Shown here: positions 51,516-60,611 of the stretch, in pieces
Numbering within the stretch: the first letter of the stretch is position 1
Layout: each line of letters begins with the position of its first letter
Source of the DNA: an uncultured Verrucomicrobiae bacterium
GTDB taxonomy: Bacteria > Verrucomicrobiota > Verrucomicrobiia > Chthoniobacterales > Chthoniobacteraceae
DNA length: 64,000 nucleotides
Reading direction: 5' to 3'
Assembly (NCBI GenBank): GCA_963836755.1
Contig: CAWIKF010000001.1
Span: 704,001 to 768,000, forward strand
Translations under genes and position numbers: made by a program
The notes under the pieces: model-generated
What the model saw: only the letters and a program-made list of their open reading frames with translations
The model's database searches: none
Told to the model about the DNA's origin: nothing

Positions 51516-51788
51516 TTCTTCCGCACGGCAGACTCCTCCTGCCGCACGGTGGAACGACTTCACCGCACGGTGGAATGGAGTTACCGCACGGGAAAACCAA
51601 TGTTTGGACGCGGCGAAGCGTTCTGCCATGCGGTGGAGCGGTTCCACCGTCCGGCAGCAGCGTTCCACGGCGCGGCAGGATCATTTCACCGCACGGCGGG
51701 ACGGTTCTGCCGTGCGGCAGGAGGAATCAACCGTGCGGCAGAATCATTCTACCGTGCGGCAGAATCATTTCACCGCAGCCGCCTGTCT
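51516..51788. repeat. Degenerate 21-bp tandem array of palindromic units (13 units)
   Basis: CCG-(CA/TG)-CGG cores or variants at 51521, 51542, 51563, 51584, (51605), 51626, 51647, 51668, 51689, 51710, 51731, 51752 and 51773. Consensus TTCYRCCG-NN-CGGYRGAA-NNN. Confidence 0.92.
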
Positions 51789-51876
51789 CTGTAGACGGCT
51801 CGGAAGTGTAGCGAAAGCATACAGAACTCGAACCAACTAACAACGCAGTCAGTTTACCAATAGAAACCAAAAAATT

Positions 51877-52575
51877 ATGGCAAAATCAGATTTCGTCGAC
51901 TCGAACGACGACAAGTTTTCGGCGCAACAGCAGGTCTACAAAACCAATATCCCCAGCTACGCCACCGACCTCGGCGTGACCCCGGCTCAAGTGGCATCGC
52001 AAGCGGCGGATGCCAATTACTTCACCTACATCATCGCCTGCCAGGAGATCATGCAGAACGCGGCGCAGCAATGGACTTCCTGGAAAGACCTCATCCGCGA
52101 CGGCGGCACGCCTCCCGCCGCCGGCGCCCCGGTGCTGCCGGTCTTCCCGCCGGTCGTCGCCTCCGTGGCGCCCGGCGTCGAATCGCGCTACCGCGCACTG
52201 GTGAAACAAAATAAAAGCAAGACCAACTACAACGATTCCATCGGACAGGCCCTCGGCACAGTCGGCGCAGAACAAACCGCGCCTGATCTAACCACAGTGC
52301 AACCCGAACTCGACGCCAAAATCAGTGGCACCACCGTGAATGTTGGCTGGGGCTGGGGTGGCAACAGCGCCTTCCTCGACATGATCGAGCTACAAGTCGA
52401 TCGCGGCGACAGCAAAGGCTTCGTCATGCTGGCCTACGACACCACGCCCAACTACACCGACACCGCCCCATTCCCCGCCACGCCCGCGAAGTGGACCTAT
52501 CGCGGCATCTACCGCGTCGGCGACAAACAAGTAGGCCTCTGGAGCAAGCCGGTGAGTGTGACGGTGGGTGGGTAG
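51877..52575 (+). CDS. Hypothetical protein: helical N-terminus plus C-terminal FN3/Ig-like domain, downstream of the 21-bp array
   Basis: 232 aa with no signal peptide; ends W.YRGIY...VGLWSKPVSVTVGG. A-rich leader before the ATG. Confidence 0.85.
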   Translation: MAKSDFVDSNDDKFSAQQQVYKTNIPSYATDLGVTPAQVASQAADANYFTYIIACQEIMQNAAQQWTSWKDLIRDGGTPPAAGAPVLPVFPPVVASVAPGVESRYRALVKQNKSKTNYNDSIGQALGTVGAEQTAPDLTTVQPELDAKISGTTVNVGWGWGGNSAFLDMIELQVDRGDSKGFVMLAYDTTPNYTDTAPFPATPAKWTYRGIYRVGDKQVGLWSKPVSVTVGG

Positions 52576-52604
52576 TTCAAGATATAGAACTTACTGTGAA
52601 AACC

Positions 52605-52749
52605 GATATCGAAACCAGCACGCCACAGCGCAACGACTTCCAACCCGCCCGACCTCGGCAAGGCCATCTATTATGCCCTCCGCTGGAGCGGAACCAAAGG
52701 CGACCCCGGCCCCTGGAGCGCGGTGTATACAGCCGTGGTGCCTGGATAG
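52605..52749 (+). pseudogene. Orphan C-terminal fragment of a second FN3-like gene
   Basis: DIETSTPQRNDFQPA(+1 at about 52650)DLGKAIYYALRWSGTKGDPGPWSAVYTAVVPG*, with no start. Confidence 0.65.
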
Positions 52750-52772
52750 GAAGCGACCTAGGAGCTCAAAAT

Positions 52773-53762
52773 ATGAAACTCACTTACGCTCACCTAATTG
52801 TTTCGACCTTTGCGCTTTTTCTTCTAAGCGGCTGCTTTGACTCCGCAGTAAAAAAAGCGGCGGAAGACATCGATCGTCAAGCATACATGTTACAGCAGGA
52901 GAAGGGGGATATCAGCGCTACATACAAGCAATCGATTGCTGATCTCCAGAAGGCAAGTCAGACAGAGTTAGCGAACGAGGTTCAAAACGTGCTGGACCGT
53001 TCAGTAGATGGAGCAGCGGAGAAAACTAGTTTTGAACTAGACTTCGTTCGCAACCGTTCTGCCCAAACCCTGAGAAAAGTCGCCGATGTCCTACGGGGAG
53101 GTAAGAAGGAGCTTATTTCATCACCGGAAATCGGTGACTGGACGCCGAAGAAGATCGACCTATACCTACCGGCTGAACGCCGAACCAGCTTGGAGTTTTC
53201 AGGTTACGACCTAAATAACAAAACAAGTGACGGGAAAGGCCTTCGGATCGTTCTGCTGCTGTCGGACGGTTCTAGTTCCGACGTTTCAGAACACCTTTAT
53301 AAGACTACGTTCTACCACGCGGTGGTTAACACGAGCGGAAGTGGACTCCAATTTCCACAGAATAGCAAGGAACTCAGATTATTGTGGGGCGATACTTTAT
53401 TGTCTCAAATCCCAGTGTTACTGCCTAAATTCAGTTGGCATCGTTCTGACAACGCCGGGACAGCTTACTCAAAGACGTTTAGTTTCATTTCCGAAAACGA
53501 GGCCGGCGTAGATGGCGGAAAAATAGCGAGTGGACAATTCACGCTGGGTATTCCAGATGCTCGAATCTACCGAATTGACTTTCGACACGAAGGCGATGGT
53601 GCTCCTTGGAATTACCATCCTACAAACGCTCCTCCTAACGAATATCAAGGATGCACAGAGCTTTTAGACGGTGGAAAAAGTTTTAAGTGGACGCGCCGAT
53701 GGGCTGGCAAACCAACGACCGAGTATTACACGGCTTTTTACGAAATCTGGCAAACGGACTAA
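52773..53762 (+). CDS. Hypothetical lipoprotein, low-GC
   Basis: GGAG RBS, MKLTYAHLIVSTFALFLLSGC lipobox, helical region then beta-rich domains. Confidence 0.8.
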   Translation: MKLTYAHLIVSTFALFLLSGCFDSAVKKAAEDIDRQAYMLQQEKGDISATYKQSIADLQKASQTELANEVQNVLDRSVDGAAEKTSFELDFVRNRSAQTLRKVADVLRGGKKELISSPEIGDWTPKKIDLYLPAERRTSLEFSGYDLNNKTSDGKGLRIVLLLSDGSSSDVSEHLYKTTFYHAVVNTSGSGLQFPQNSKELRLLWGDTLLSQIPVLLPKFSWHRSDNAGTAYSKTFSFISENEAGVDGGKIASGQFTLGIPDARIYRIDFRHEGDGAPWNYHPTNAPPNEYQGCTELLDGGKSFKWTRRWAGKPTTEYYTAFYEIWQTD

Positions 53763-53776
53763 CGGCAAGCCTGTCA

Positions 53777-54100
53777 ATGACCACATTTGAGGTGAAGATT
53801 CCTGCCGGACAGACTGTCGACGTCGCCCAATACGTCAATATGTCCGGCACGTTGAATATTCTAATTCGCACTCGTGATGGTTCTAATCACCTTCCTGCTT
53901 GTTGGTGGATCGCTTGGGGTTTTGGCTCCGTGTCTCAGTTGGGAGAGCATAAAGACCATTTTACTACGGATATTCCGGTTAGTTGGTGGCGAGGAGTTGT
54001 GCATGCCAAACTTCGAGCATCCGCAGATGATACTGACACCGTCTTAACGATCGGGGAAAACGGAGAGCTAGATTTCAGCAAAAGTTTTACGTGGCCTTGA
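53777..54100 (+). CDS. Hypothetical protein, low-GC
   Basis: MTTFEVKIPAGQ...SFTWP*, starting 14 nt after the lipoprotein stop. Confidence 0.6.
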   Translation: MTTFEVKIPAGQTVDVAQYVNMSGTLNILIRTRDGSNHLPACWWIAWGFGSVSQLGEHKDHFTTDIPVSWWRGVVHAKLRASADDTDTVLTIGENGELDFSKSFTWP

Positions 54101-54235
54101 ACAGGGCAATTAACCATCAAATATAGATGATCAGTCTGAGCCGGTCGGCTGCCACCGCACGAAATGGAAGTGACGCGATCCCGCTCACCGCATTGTAGTA
54201 AAAGCGCGTGTGCCGAAGATTTAACGAACCGTTTT

Positions 54236-55522
54236 ATGCCACGTAAAAGATCAGCTGCCGTCTACTGGATGCCTTTTTGCGTCATGAGCATTCTCGCAAA
54301 GGCCGCGGAACCGGCGGAGGCGCCGACTCCGGCGCCGGCGGATGTGGTGGTGACGGATTCGGATCAATACGGGGAGATTCATCTCGACTCGATGATCGCG
54401 CTGCATGGGGCAGGGTTGCGGGCTTGGGAGGAGCAGACGCCGAAGAAGGATCTGGAGGTGTATGTGGATGGGATTTTGATTCCGCTGCCGCAGTCGCAAA
54501 TCCTGCTGAGCAAGCTGCGCGATGATTGGATCAGCGTGATTCTGACGCGCGATGCGACGGACCAGGCGAGCCATGACGCGTGGGGGCCGATTCTGGAGCG
54601 GTCGATGCATTACATCGGCAAGACGCCGCATCTCGTGGATGTGACGCTGGGCCGGCAGGGGGAATTGCCGCTGCCGACGAAGGCGCGGCTGCCAATGATG
54701 ATCGTGGATCGGACGTGGTTTTGGTTTTGGCTCCTGGGAATGGCGGCGCTGGCGGCGTTGCTGTTCTGGCTGGGGAAAGAGAGCGATTTGCTGCGCGATC
54801 AAGGGCCGGACCCGGCGGGCGGGCGGAAGCCTTTCAGCCTCGCGAGGACGCAGATGGCTTTCTGGCTCTTCGTGGTCGTGGCGTCGTATCTTTTCATCCT
54901 GATTGTCACCGGCGACACGAATACGATCAATGATTCGGTGCTCGGCTTGATGGGGATCATCGCCGCGACGGGGTTCGGCGCGGTGATGGTGGATGCGTCA
55001 AAAACGAGCGCGACGCGGGCTCAGCGCGATGCGGCGCAGAAGACGCGGTCGGAGTTGCAGATGAAAAAGACGGTGGCGCCGCTGACGCCGGCGGAGGAGA
55101 CGCAGCTCGCGACGGCGATTGCCGATGTGGCCCGCCGCCGACTCCGCCTCGCCCTTCCGCTCACGGTCGCGCTCCTCACCGCATCCTGCTGCAGCATGAA
55201 ACAGCAGGCGCTCATCCGCAAACCGCAGACCCTCGCATTGATGGACAGAGCCAAAGCCGAATCCTTCAACGCCAACCAATCCGCCGTGCAAGCCCTCCAG
55301 CGAGGCATGAGCGCCGACTACGCGAAAGTCAGCGCCAACCCCTCAGCCAAGCCATGCGCCGAGCAATGGACAATCCTTTCCCACCGCATCGACAGCTTCC
55401 TCGACCGCTGGCACACGAAAAAACAAAGCGCCGACGCCTCACCGGGCACCGGCACACTCAGCCCCGCATTCGTCGATGCCGCCAAGGAACCGATAGCCGG
55501 CTCCTTCGACGCCATCCGCTGA
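54236..55522 (+). CDS. Chimeric ORF: truncated paralogue of membrane protein 59448..60593 fused in frame to a lipoprotein (about 55127..55522)
   Basis: Near-identical to the 59448 protein from LDSMI to ETQLA. It then switches to RRRLRLALPLTVALLTASC (signal peptide/lipobox), with an abrupt change from G-rich to C-rich composition. Confidence 0.7.
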   Translation: MPRKRSAAVYWMPFCVMSILAKAAEPAEAPTPAPADVVVTDSDQYGEIHLDSMIALHGAGLRAWEEQTPKKDLEVYVDGILIPLPQSQILLSKLRDDWISVILTRDATDQASHDAWGPILERSMHYIGKTPHLVDVTLGRQGELPLPTKARLPMMIVDRTWFWFWLLGMAALAALLFWLGKESDLLRDQGPDPAGGRKPFSLARTQMAFWLFVVVASYLFILIVTGDTNTINDSVLGLMGIIAATGFGAVMVDASKTSATRAQRDAAQKTRSELQMKKTVAPLTPAEETQLATAIADVARRRLRLALPLTVALLTASCCSMKQQALIRKPQTLALMDRAKAESFNANQSAVQALQRGMSADYAKVSANPSAKPCAEQWTILSHRIDSFLDRWHTKKQSADASPGTGTLSPAFVDAAKEPIAGSFDAIR

Positions 55523-55540
55523 CCCGCCACGCATTTCCTC

Positions 55541-55864
55541 ATGAACTTTGACGACTACAAAGCCGAGGCCATCCGCCGAGTCGGCGACCTCATCACCAGC
55601 CAGTTCTCCGACTCCGTCGATGCCGCCCGCGCCGACGCCGACGCACTCATCGCCCAGTGCAACGACCGCCTCGAAAAATGGACCGCCCTCCTCGCGAGCG
55701 GCCAGATCGACGCCGACGACTTCCAATGGCTCGTCGAGGCCCAGCAGGATGAAATCAAAGTAACCGCGCTCAAAAACGCCGGCATCACCCCGGAGCGCGT
55801 CAACCTTCTCGTCACCGCCACCCTCGAGATTTTGGTCAAAGTCGCCGTCGCCTCCCTCGTCTGA
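55541..55864 (+). CDS. Hypothetical helical protein
   Basis: 107 aa with strong C-ending codon bias and a hydrophobic C-terminus. Confidence 0.75.
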   Translation: MNFDDYKAEAIRRVGDLITSQFSDSVDAARADADALIAQCNDRLEKWTALLASGQIDADDFQWLVEAQQDEIKVTALKNAGITPERVNLLVTATLEILVKVAVASLV

Positions 55865-55876
55865 TCCTGCACTGCC

Positions 55877-56563
55877 ATGCGCGCGCTCCCACCCGAAGCA
55901 CCCATCGGCGAAATCGCCGCGCAGCGCGCCATCCAGTGGCTCAAGACCACCTTCGGCATCCCCCTCGTCGCCCAAACGCAAGGCACCCCATTCACCGTCG
56001 ACCACCTGTGCGGCATCGCCTGCCAGGAAACCGCCTACTTTTGGGTCAACCTTCTCGGCCGACTCCCCGACGACCAGGTCTGCGCCCGCTGCGTCCTCGA
56101 TGGCAGCGGCGACTTTGAACCCGATCAAAACCCGCGCAGCGCTTTCCCGCGCAACACCGGCGAGTTTCGCTCCTGCTACGACCGCAGCACCCCCGGCTTC
56201 ACCGAAATGCTGATCGGCGAGGGGAACCAGACCCGCTCCCTCCGCGGCATGAGCCCCGCCGACTGGATCTACAAAGGCTACGGCATCTTTCAATACGACC
56301 TGCAGTTCGTGAAAACCGACATGCACTTTTTCTACGACCGGCTCTGGTATCGCTTTGAGAACTGCCTCGCCCGCGCCATGCGCGAGCTCACCCGGAACTG
56401 GCGGCTCCACAGCGGCGACCTCTTTGCCGCCATCAAAGCCTACAACGGCTGCGGCCCGAGCGCCGAGATTTACGCCCAAAACGTCCTCGCCTACAGCGGC
56501 ATCTCCGTCGAAGTCGCCGCCCTCGCCACCGCCGTCGATCCCAGCACCGGAATGCCGGCCTAA
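55877..56563 (+). CDS. Lysozyme-like / lytic transglycosylase-fold protein
   Basis: IACQET (putative catalytic Glu), GYGIFQYD and AIKAYNG parallel the SLT motifs ES / GLMQ / AYN. Confidence 0.7.
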   Translation: MRALPPEAPIGEIAAQRAIQWLKTTFGIPLVAQTQGTPFTVDHLCGIACQETAYFWVNLLGRLPDDQVCARCVLDGSGDFEPDQNPRSAFPRNTGEFRSCYDRSTPGFTEMLIGEGNQTRSLRGMSPADWIYKGYGIFQYDLQFVKTDMHFFYDRLWYRFENCLARAMRELTRNWRLHSGDLFAAIKAYNGCGPSAEIYAQNVLAYSGISVEVAALATAVDPSTGMPA

Positions 56564-56696
56564 TCCAATCTCGATGGTAACAACGTTCTCCTTCTACCAG
56601 CACGAAATTCCGGTGCGGCGCGAGAAATCGGTTCACCGCAAGGGCCGGGATTCCATTTATCTTGTGCGGTGGTTGTTAAAGCGCTACGGAAGTTCC

Positions 56697-57830
56697 ATGG
56701 GTTCGATGCGTAGGTGGTGGACAGCGCTCGAACGCTTCCCGCAAGACCCCGTTGGCTTCCGCCGGAACAACTTTGACGCGATCCGGTTGTTCCTCGCCGT
56801 CCTGGTGATCTATTCCCATTCGTTCCCCTTGTCCCTCGGCGACAACAACCAGGAGCCGCTGTTTCGAATCACGAAACACAATCTTTCCTTCGGCGGGGTC
56901 GCCGTCGCGGCGTTCTTCATAGTCAGCGGGTTTCTGATCACGCATAGCTGGATCAGGCGACCGATGCTGAAGGAATTCCTTCGGAACCGCGTGCTGCGAA
57001 TCGTCCCCGGCTATGCCGCCTGCATTCTAATCAGTGCCCTCGTGATCGTGCCGTTGTTCGCCGGTGTGCAACATACGACCTCCGGGCACGCGGGATGGTT
57101 CCCGACAGCATGGGGGATTTTGACGCTCGATAAATACGAACCTGCCGGCGTTTTTCCTCACAACCCGTTCCCTGGCGAATTCAACGGGTCTCTCTGGTCG
57201 ATTCACTTCGAGTTCTTGTGCTACCTGCTGGTTGGCGCTCTGGGCGTTGCCGGCATGTTGAGGCGTCGCTTCGTCGCGGTATTGCTTTTTGTCCTGCTGC
57301 CCCTTTTTGTCGCCGATCGTGTTCTTTACCACCCAATACACTGGCCGGGGTGTTTGAAATATTACCCCACCTACCTGATCGGCGACTTCGGTCTGCTGAT
57401 ATTTTCAACTGCGTTCTTCCTGGCCGGTTCCACGTTCCGGATTTACCTTCGACACATCCCGCGATCTCGCTGGTTGGCCGGCGTTGCCGTCCTCGTGGCA
57501 GCGTGCTCACTCCTGTTTCCCGGTGCTCCGGTTCTCGCTGCTATGTTCGCGGGCACCTACCTCATTCTCTACGTAGCATTCTCCCGGACACTGCAGTTGC
57601 ACAACGCTGCCCGCTTCGGTGATTTCTCCTACGGGACATACCTGTATGCCTTCATAATTCAGCAACTGCTCGTCAGTGTTTGGCCCGGCGTGACTCCGAT
57701 GCAGTTGTTCCTCGCCGCCGCGCCGCTCGCGCTGCTGGCTGGGGCCGCGAGTTGGTTCACCACGGAACGCAGATTCCTTCGGGCGAAGCACAAGACGGCG
57801 CCCGCGACGACAACTGCTTTTCCCGCCTGA
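56697..57830 (+). CDS. Acyltransferase-3 (OafA-like) membrane O-acyltransferase
   Basis: NNFDAIRL..A..VIYSHS, FFIVSGFLI, RVLRIVPG, NGSLWSI..E, SYGTYLY and ER.FL. Confidence 0.92.
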   Translation: MGSMRRWWTALERFPQDPVGFRRNNFDAIRLFLAVLVIYSHSFPLSLGDNNQEPLFRITKHNLSFGGVAVAAFFIVSGFLITHSWIRRPMLKEFLRNRVLRIVPGYAACILISALVIVPLFAGVQHTTSGHAGWFPTAWGILTLDKYEPAGVFPHNPFPGEFNGSLWSIHFEFLCYLLVGALGVAGMLRRRFVAVLLFVLLPLFVADRVLYHPIHWPGCLKYYPTYLIGDFGLLIFSTAFFLAGSTFRIYLRHIPRSRWLAGVAVLVAACSLLFPGAPVLAAMFAGTYLILYVAFSRTLQLHNAARFGDFSYGTYLYAFIIQQLLVSVWPGVTPMQLFLAAAPLALLAGAASWFTTERRFLRAKHKTAPATTTAFPA

Positions 57831-57950
57831 TGCTCTCTTTTTAAAAGATTGAACTCGCAGCGCTTTTCTCACACCACGGCTTTCCAACTCCCGTTCGTTA
57901 TGAAGGTTTTTAAGAAAACGCCAGACGCCGAAACTTTCACCGCAGACGCC

Positions 57951-59432
57951 ATGAAGAAGGCGTGGCGGTTTTGGCAGTCGTTCTTGATTGCGGCTCTGCT
58001 GCTGGCGCTGTGCAGGCACGCGGCGCAGGCGCAGGGGGCGAGTGGGCTCGGGAAGGGGAGCCCGGCGGCGAATCAAGCGGATAAGAGCCAGAAGGCTCCA
58101 GCGCCAGATGCGTTTCGCGATGTGCCGACGCAGAGTTTGCAGACGGAGGCGGATCGGCTCGACCAGAAGCTGGAGAGTTTGCAGGATCAGCTGGCCAGCT
58201 TCACCGATTACGCGGCGAAGGTGAGCGATGCGGAGAAGAATCTGCCGGACAACATCGGTGTCACTCCGCTCATCGCGAAGGTGAAGGATGCTTACGCGAA
58301 GCTGAAGGCGGAGAACCCAGATGCAAATGTTTCCTCGGGGAAGATGGGAACACTGGGGTCGAATTTCGGGCAGGCGGTGAATCAGTTGCAATTCGCCCTG
58401 CGCAACCAGTTCGTGGATGTGACGGCAAAAGTGGTTCCGAGTTTTCGTTACGGGCCGCTGGGGTCGTCGAATCAGACCTCACCGCCGGAGCAGACGGCGA
58501 ACGACGCGGCGAGCCGCGTGAACACGTTTCGCAACAGCGATCCATTTTTCACGGCGTTGCCAAACATCAATGCGCTGCTTGGTGCGCTGATGGTTTTCAA
58601 TGGCGAGGTGAAGCGGAGCGCGGTGGATCAGGAGATCAATGCGGCGCAGCAGGAGATCGCGTCGTTGCCCGATGTGACGCGTCAGGTTTTCACCCAATAC
58701 AAGACGGATTACACGGAGGTGCTCGACGCCGTGTCCGCTGCGATGAAACAGCAGATCGACAAGCTGCAGGCGACGCTCGACTCGGACAAGCAGCAGTGGA
58801 CGGAGATGAACAAGGTGCTGTTGAATCGGTCGCAGGCGGTGGGGACCCGGCAGGCAACGCTGACGGATTACTCCATCTACACGGAGATGCTGATGATGGG
58901 GGTGATCGTGTTCGCGATGATTTTCCTGCGCTTTTATCCGGAGAAGCTGGCATTGACGGTGGTGCAGGAGCGGATGTTCGGGGACATGCTGGGGATGGGG
59001 TTACTGCTGGTGACGGTGGTTTTTCTCGCGACGGGGGCATTCGTGGATCAATCGGCGGTGGTGACGCTGCTGGGGACGATCGCGGGATATATTTTCGGAC
59101 GCCGCTCGCCCAGTTCGGTGGTTGGCGCGATGCAGCCGGCGGTGAACCGGATTGCGGCGGTGCCGGCCGCGCCCGGGAATGTGCGCGAGGCTTTGCCGCG
59201 GGTGTCGCGAGAGGCGTCGGTGAGTTGCGATCCGGTGCCGAATGCGGTGGCTTACCGCTGGTATGCGAAGTCGCAAAATGAGCCGGGCGATCCGGTTTTC
59301 CGTCAGCAAACGAGCGCGCCGCATGTGGTCCTGTCGGGTTTCCACACGGGCGATCAGGTCGTGATTACGGTGAGCGCGACCAATGGTCAGGAGAGCGGAC
59401 AAAGTCCGCCGCTGATTGTTCCCATTACTTAA
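57951..59432 (+). CDS. Membrane protein: signal peptide, coiled-coil ectodomain, 3 TM helices, C-terminal FN3-like domain
   Basis: AQA-Q cleavage site, heptad-rich region, TLLGTIAGYIFGR and PAAPGNV...YRWY...VSATNG.ES..S. Confidence 0.8.
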   Translation: MKKAWRFWQSFLIAALLLALCRHAAQAQGASGLGKGSPAANQADKSQKAPAPDAFRDVPTQSLQTEADRLDQKLESLQDQLASFTDYAAKVSDAEKNLPDNIGVTPLIAKVKDAYAKLKAENPDANVSSGKMGTLGSNFGQAVNQLQFALRNQFVDVTAKVVPSFRYGPLGSSNQTSPPEQTANDAASRVNTFRNSDPFFTALPNINALLGALMVFNGEVKRSAVDQEINAAQQEIASLPDVTRQVFTQYKTDYTEVLDAVSAAMKQQIDKLQATLDSDKQQWTEMNKVLLNRSQAVGTRQATLTDYSIYTEMLMMGVIVFAMIFLRFYPEKLALTVVQERMFGDMLGMGLLLVTVVFLATGAFVDQSAVVTLLGTIAGYIFGRRSPSSVVGAMQPAVNRIAAVPAAPGNVREALPRVSREASVSCDPVPNAVAYRWYAKSQNEPGDPVFRQQTSAPHVVLSGFHTGDQVVITVSATNGQESGQSPPLIVPIT

Positions 59433-59447
59433 TATTATAACTGCGCC

Positions 59448-60593
59448 ATGATGATGCTCTTTTTACGCCGATGGAAATACAGCACGCTGCTGGCGGCGGG
59501 TCTGCTTTGCGCGAACGTCTCAAAAGGCGCAGAGCCGGCGGCTTCGCCAAGTCCTGCTCCGGCGGCGATGGTGACGGTGGCGCAGGGGGTCATTCAGCTC
59601 GACTCGATGATTTCGCTCTATGCGCCGGGGTTGCGGGCGTGGGAGGAGCAGCCGCCGGCGAAGGAGTTGCAGGTGTATGTCGATGGGATTTTGATCCCGT
59701 TGCCGCAATCGCAAATCCTGTTGAGCAAGCTGCGCGATGATTGGGTTAGCGTGATTTTGACTCGCGACGCGACGGATCGGGCGAGCCACGATGCATGGGG
59801 GCCGATCCTGGAGCGGTCGATGCATTACATCGGGAAAAATCCGCGGCCGGTGGATGTGACGCTGGGGCGGAGCGGGGAGTTGCCGCTGGCGACGAAGGCG
59901 CAGTTGCCGATGATGGTGGTGGATCGGCTCTGGTTTTGGTTCTGGCTCGGCGGGATGGTGGCGCTCGGGGCGGGGCTCGTGTTGCTCGGGAAGCAAAGCG
60001 ATCTGCTTCGCGATCAAGGGCCGGACCCGGTGGGCGGGCGGAAGCCGTTCAGCCTGGCGCGGACGCAGATGGCATTCTGGCTGTTCGTCGTGGTGGCGTC
60101 GTATCTTTTCATCCTGATGGTCACGGGGGATACGAACACGATCAACGACTCGGTGCTCGGCTTGATCGGGATCAGCGCGGCGACTGGCTTCGGCGCGGTG
60201 ATGGTGGATGCGTCAAAATTGACGGCGACGCGCACGCAGCGCGATGCGGCGCGGAAGGCGCGCGGGGAATTGATGGCGAAGAAGACGCTGGGAACACTGT
60301 CGCCGGAGGACGAGACGCAGCTGGCGAAGGCGGCGGCGGATGAGGCGCGGCTGGAGGAAACGCTAGCGCCCGATGCGTCAAAGGGATTTTGGTGGGACAT
60401 CGTGAGCGATGCGGAGGCCGTGAGTTTCCACCGGCTGCAGATCGTAGTCTGGACGATGGTGGTCGGCTGGGTGTTCGCGGAGAGCATTTATCACGCGCTG
60501 GCGATGCCGGAGCTTTCGTCGACGATGCTCGGGCTGATGGGAATCAGCGGCGGGACTTACATCGGGTTCAAGCTGCCGGAGAAGCAAAGTTAG
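59448..60593 (+). CDS. Hypothetical membrane protein with internally repeated S-x-x-R-x-Q...W TM hairpins
   Basis: Signal peptide; FSLARTQMAFW...SVLGLIGISAAT and SFHRLQIVVWT...TMLGLMGISGGTY. Confidence 0.85.
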   Translation: MMMLFLRRWKYSTLLAAGLLCANVSKGAEPAASPSPAPAAMVTVAQGVIQLDSMISLYAPGLRAWEEQPPAKELQVYVDGILIPLPQSQILLSKLRDDWVSVILTRDATDRASHDAWGPILERSMHYIGKNPRPVDVTLGRSGELPLATKAQLPMMVVDRLWFWFWLGGMVALGAGLVLLGKQSDLLRDQGPDPVGGRKPFSLARTQMAFWLFVVVASYLFILMVTGDTNTINDSVLGLIGISAATGFGAVMVDASKLTATRTQRDAARKARGELMAKKTLGTLSPEDETQLAKAAADEARLEETLAPDASKGFWWDIVSDAEAVSFHRLQIVVWTMVVGWVFAESIYHALAMPELSSTMLGLMGISGGTYIGFKLPEKQS

Positions 60594-60611
60594 TTTTCCA
60601 AAAAACAAAAC

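Noticed and set aside
51516..51788. CRISPR or TIGR-like array interpretation of the 21-bp repeats (also 38219-38547)
   Set aside because: There is no constant repeat alternating with unique spacers of about 30-40 nt, the period is only 21 nt, and no cas or Nop-domain gene is recognisable in the window.
52491..52772. N-terminal extension of the 423-aa ORF
   Set aside because: It overlaps gene 51877 and the FN3-like remnant. The RBS and lipoprotein signal point to ATG 52773.
55541..56563. Prophage lysis cassette
   Set aside because: No capsid, terminase, tail or integrase genes are nearby, so these genes are kept only as part of the hydrolase island hypothesis.
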